From: Thermoplasmatales archaeon SW_10_69_26
GTDB lineage: Archaea > Thermoplasmatota > SW-10-69-26
DNA length: 59,661 nucleotides
Direction of reading: 5' to 3'
Assembly: GCA_003009755.1 (NCBI GenBank)
Contig: PXUB01000023.1
Coordinates: 1-59,661, forward strand
Positions within the stretch are counted from its first letter, which is position 1; the number at the start of each line of letters is the position of its first letter. The translations under genes were made by a program, and so were the position numbers. Shown in pieces: positions 56,932-59,661 of this stretch. The notes under the pieces are model-generated. The model was given only the letters and a program-made list of their open reading frames with translations, had not been told where the DNA came from and did not search any database.

Positions 56932-58914
56932 ATGGTTGCGACGCACGGCGACAAGGTCAACTTCATCTGGTCGATCGCGGACCTGCTCCGCGGCGACTAC
57001 AAGCAGTCCGACTACCAGAAGGTCATCCTCCCGCTCACCGTCCTTCGCCGGTTGGACTGCGTGACGGAAGCCTCGAAGGAGACGGTCCTCCGCGAGGACG
57101 AGCGTCTCGAGAAGCAGGACATCGAGAACAAGCATCGGGCGCTCAAGCGAGCCGCCGGCCAGCAGGTCTACAACACCAGCGAGCACACCTTCGAGTCGCT
57201 GGTCAAGGACCCCGAGCACCTGGCCGACAACCTCCGCTACTACATGAACAGCTTCGACCCGAAAACGGTCGAGATCCTCGAGAACTTCAACTTCGACCAG
57301 CAGATCGACAAGCTCGAGCAGGCCGATCTGCTCTACCAGGTCATCGAGCGGTTCAAGACGATCGACCTGCACCCGGACAACGTCCCCAACGAGGAGATGG
57401 GGACGATCTACGAGGAGCTGATCCGCAAGTTCAGCGAGCTGAGCAACGAGACCGCCGGCGAGCACTTCACGCCGCGCGAGGTCATCGAGCTCATGGTCGA
57501 GCTGATGTTCTGCCCGGACGACGAGGAGATCAGCTCAGGCCCGATCGTCCGCTCGCTGTACGACCCGGCCTGCGGAACGGGCGGCATGCTGACCGTCGCG
57601 GAACGCCACCTCAAACAGCTCAACCAGGCGGCCAACCCGCAGCTGTACGGCCAGGAGCTCAACGACTTCTCGTACGCCGTCTGCAACTCGGACATGCTCG
57701 TCAAGGGCCACAACCCTGACAACATCGAGCGGGGCAACTCGTTCAGCGAGGACGGCTTCCCCACGAAGCCGTTCGACTACATGCTCACCAACCCGCCCTT
57801 CGGCGTCTCCTGGAAGAAGGTCGCCGACGTGGTGGAGAACGAACACGAGAACCAGGGCTTCGATGGCCGCTTCGGCGCCGGCACGCCGCGCAAGTCCGAC
57901 GGTGCCTTCCTGTTCCTGCAGCACATGCTGTCCAAGATGAAGCCCGCCAGCGAGGGCGGCTCGCGGCTGGCGATCGTCTTCAACGGCAGCCCCCTGTTCA
58001 CCGGCGGCCCCAACAGCGGCGAGTCCGCCATCCGGCGCTGGATCATCGAGAACGACTGGCTGGAAGCCATCATCGGGCTCCCCGAGAACCTGTTCTACAA
58101 CACCGGCATCCACACCTACATCTGGGTGCTCACGAACCGCAAGGAAAACCACCGAAAGGGCAAGATCCAGCTGATCGACGCCAGAGAGAAGTATATCGAG
58201 TTGAAGAAGAACCTCGGAGACAAGAGCCACAAGCTCTCGAATCAGGACATTCGCGACATCGTCCGCTGGTACGGCAAGTTCGAGGAGACAGACAACTCGG
58301 TCATCCTCGACAACGAGGAGCTGGGCTACCGGCGCATCGTGATCGACCGCCCCCTACGCTTGAGCTTCGAGGCGACCGAGGAGCGCATCGAGCAGCTCGA
58401 CGACGAGCGCGCCTTCACCAACCGCGACGAGGACAAACAGCAAGCGATCAAGGAGGCGCTCCGCAAGCTGCCTGACAAGACATGGGCGAGCCAGGACGAG
58501 TTCCACGAAGCCCTCGACAGGATCTTCGGCCAGACTGGTCTCGACGTCACGAAGAGCGTTCGCGGCAACATCGAGAACGCGCTCGGCGAACGCGACCCCG
58601 ACGCCGAGATCTGCACTGACGGCGGTGAGCCCGAGCACGACACCGACCTTCGCGAGCGTGAACGCATCCCGCTGGGCACCGACCCGCACGAGTACTTCGA
58701 AGAGGAGGTCAAGCCTCACGTGCCGGATGCCTGGGTCAACGAAGATTCACGCTACCACGACGAACAGGACGGCAAGCTGGGATCGGTCGGATACGAGATT
58801 AACTTCAATCGCTATTTCTACGAGTACGAGCCGCCGAGGCCTCTGGAGGAGATTGACGCGGACATCCAGGAACTTGAGGAGGAGATTACTAGGCTGCTAT
58901 CGGAGGTCAAATAG
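56932..58914 (+). CDS. hsdM: Type I restriction-modification methyltransferase subunit
   Basis: FIWSIADLLRG, GEHFTPREV, YDPACGTGGML, TNPPFG, GYEINFNRYFY. Confidence 0.96.
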   Translation: MVATHGDKVNFIWSIADLLRGDYKQSDYQKVILPLTVLRRLDCVTEASKETVLREDERLEKQDIENKHRALKRAAGQQVYNTSEHTFESLVKDPEHLADNLRYYMNSFDPKTVEILENFNFDQQIDKLEQADLLYQVIERFKTIDLHPDNVPNEEMGTIYEELIRKFSELSNETAGEHFTPREVIELMVELMFCPDDEEISSGPIVRSLYDPACGTGGMLTVAERHLKQLNQAANPQLYGQELNDFSYAVCNSDMLVKGHNPDNIERGNSFSEDGFPTKPFDYMLTNPPFGVSWKKVADVVENEHENQGFDGRFGAGTPRKSDGAFLFLQHMLSKMKPASEGGSRLAIVFNGSPLFTGGPNSGESAIRRWIIENDWLEAIIGLPENLFYNTGIHTYIWVLTNRKENHRKGKIQLIDAREKYIELKKNLGDKSHKLSNQDIRDIVRWYGKFEETDNSVILDNEELGYRRIVIDRPLRLSFEATEERIEQLDDERAFTNRDEDKQQAIKEALRKLPDKTWASQDEFHEALDRIFGQTGLDVTKSVRGNIENALGERDPDAEICTDGGEPEHDTDLRERERIPLGTDPHEYFEEEVKPHVPDAWVNEDSRYHDEQDGKLGSVGYEINFNRYFYEYEPPRPLEEIDADIQELEEEITRLLSEVK

Positions 58915-59621
58915 TGTCTACTCCCGATGTGATTTCTGGTCAGTCCCCAACAGAGTTCCTAGACCTCCCTGAGAATTGGAAAGCAAGACGGGTAAGGACG
59001 TTCCTCGAAAAGGTCGACGACCGAACGGAGGAGAGCGATGCACCCCTTCTCTCGGTTTCGAAGTACACTGGCATCCGACCGAGGGAGGAAGTCGACAGAG
59101 ACCGTGAGTTTAGAGCCGATTCTACTGAGGGCTACAAGATCGTGGAGCCAGGTGACCTAGTTGTCAACATCATGCTGGCCTGGGATGGTGCGGTCGGTTT
59201 CTCTGAGCATGAGGGGGTTGTAAGCCCTTCGTACGAGATTTATCGCCTCACCGGTCAGGGGGACATGACATACTTCCACTACCTCTTCCGTTCTGAACTG
59301 TATCAATATGAATTTGCGAGGCATTCGACGGGTATCCGGAGGTCGAGATGGCGCCTATACAAGTCGGATTTCTTCCCTATTGAGGTCCTTTATCCACCCC
59401 TAGAGCAACAATCCCGCATCGCCTCCTTCCTCGACCACCACACCGCCCGCATCGACCGGCTCGTCGAGAAGAAGCAGCGCCTGCTCGAGCTGTTGGAGGA
59501 GAAGCGGCAGGCGGTGATTACTGAGGCTGTCACAAGGGGACTGCGCCGGGCTGATACAAAGCTCGCCCTCGCCCAAAACCCCAGACTGGCCTCTGATCCG
59601 ACTCGACCCAGTAGAAACTGA
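58914..59621 (+). CDS. hsdS: Type I R-M specificity subunit, single-TRD (half-size or frameshifted)
   Basis: LPENW, a low-GC TRD, PPLEQQSRIASFLD...LLEEKRQAVITEAVTRGL, then an early stop. Confidence 0.85.
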   Translation: MSTPDVISGQSPTEFLDLPENWKARRVRTFLEKVDDRTEESDAPLLSVSKYTGIRPREEVDRDREFRADSTEGYKIVEPGDLVVNIMLAWDGAVGFSEHEGVVSPSYEIYRLTGQGDMTYFHYLFRSELYQYEFARHSTGIRRSRWRLYKSDFFPIEVLYPPLEQQSRIASFLDHHTARIDRLVEKKQRLLELLEEKRQAVITEAVTRGLRRADTKLALAQNPRLASDPTRPSRN

Positions 59622-59661
59622 TTCGAAGAATAAACGGCGGGTTCGGCGACTTTTGTTTTGA

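Overview
High-GC archaeal chromosome segment with an acidic (salt-in type) proteome. The archaeal marker set (ADH synthase/DHQ synthase II, GHMP shikimate kinase, phosphopantothenate synthetase, TrmB, HTH-10, TATA-box promoters, LAGC-type lipoproteins) and the tightly clustered operons suggest a halophilic non-Halobacteria lineage, possibly Thermoplasmatota (inference). Contents, left to right: (i) a minus-strand operon running from aspartate to prephenate/4-hydroxyphenylpyruvate (ADH synthase, DHQS II, aroD-aroE, aroK, aroA, aroC, CM-TyrA, aspartokinase, asd) with a divergent ACT-domain regulator; (ii) a mixed region with a sulfatase, TrmB, PPS, secreted beta-propeller lipoproteins, CYTH, nucleases, tRNA-Pro(CGG), PiT, a degenerate ThiI, a MutS-like ATPase, panE, a CDF transporter, a Kv channel and a pore-less voltage-sensor protein; (iii) hisGDCHABF, separated from hisIE by an inserted DUF427/PAS-GAF/kinase block; (iv) the start of a defence-island-like region (orphan antitoxin, TPR protein, small alarmone hydrolase-like HD protein, type I hsdM, half-size hsdS). 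Unexplained signals: a 313-bp MITE with a TA duplication whose structured core recurs inside the aro operon, a dispersed 9-nt-period CACAGAG-type intergenic repeat family, an att-like relic behind the tRNA, three genes that appear to need non-AUG/GUG/UUG starts, and an Hv1-like voltage-sensor-only protein.
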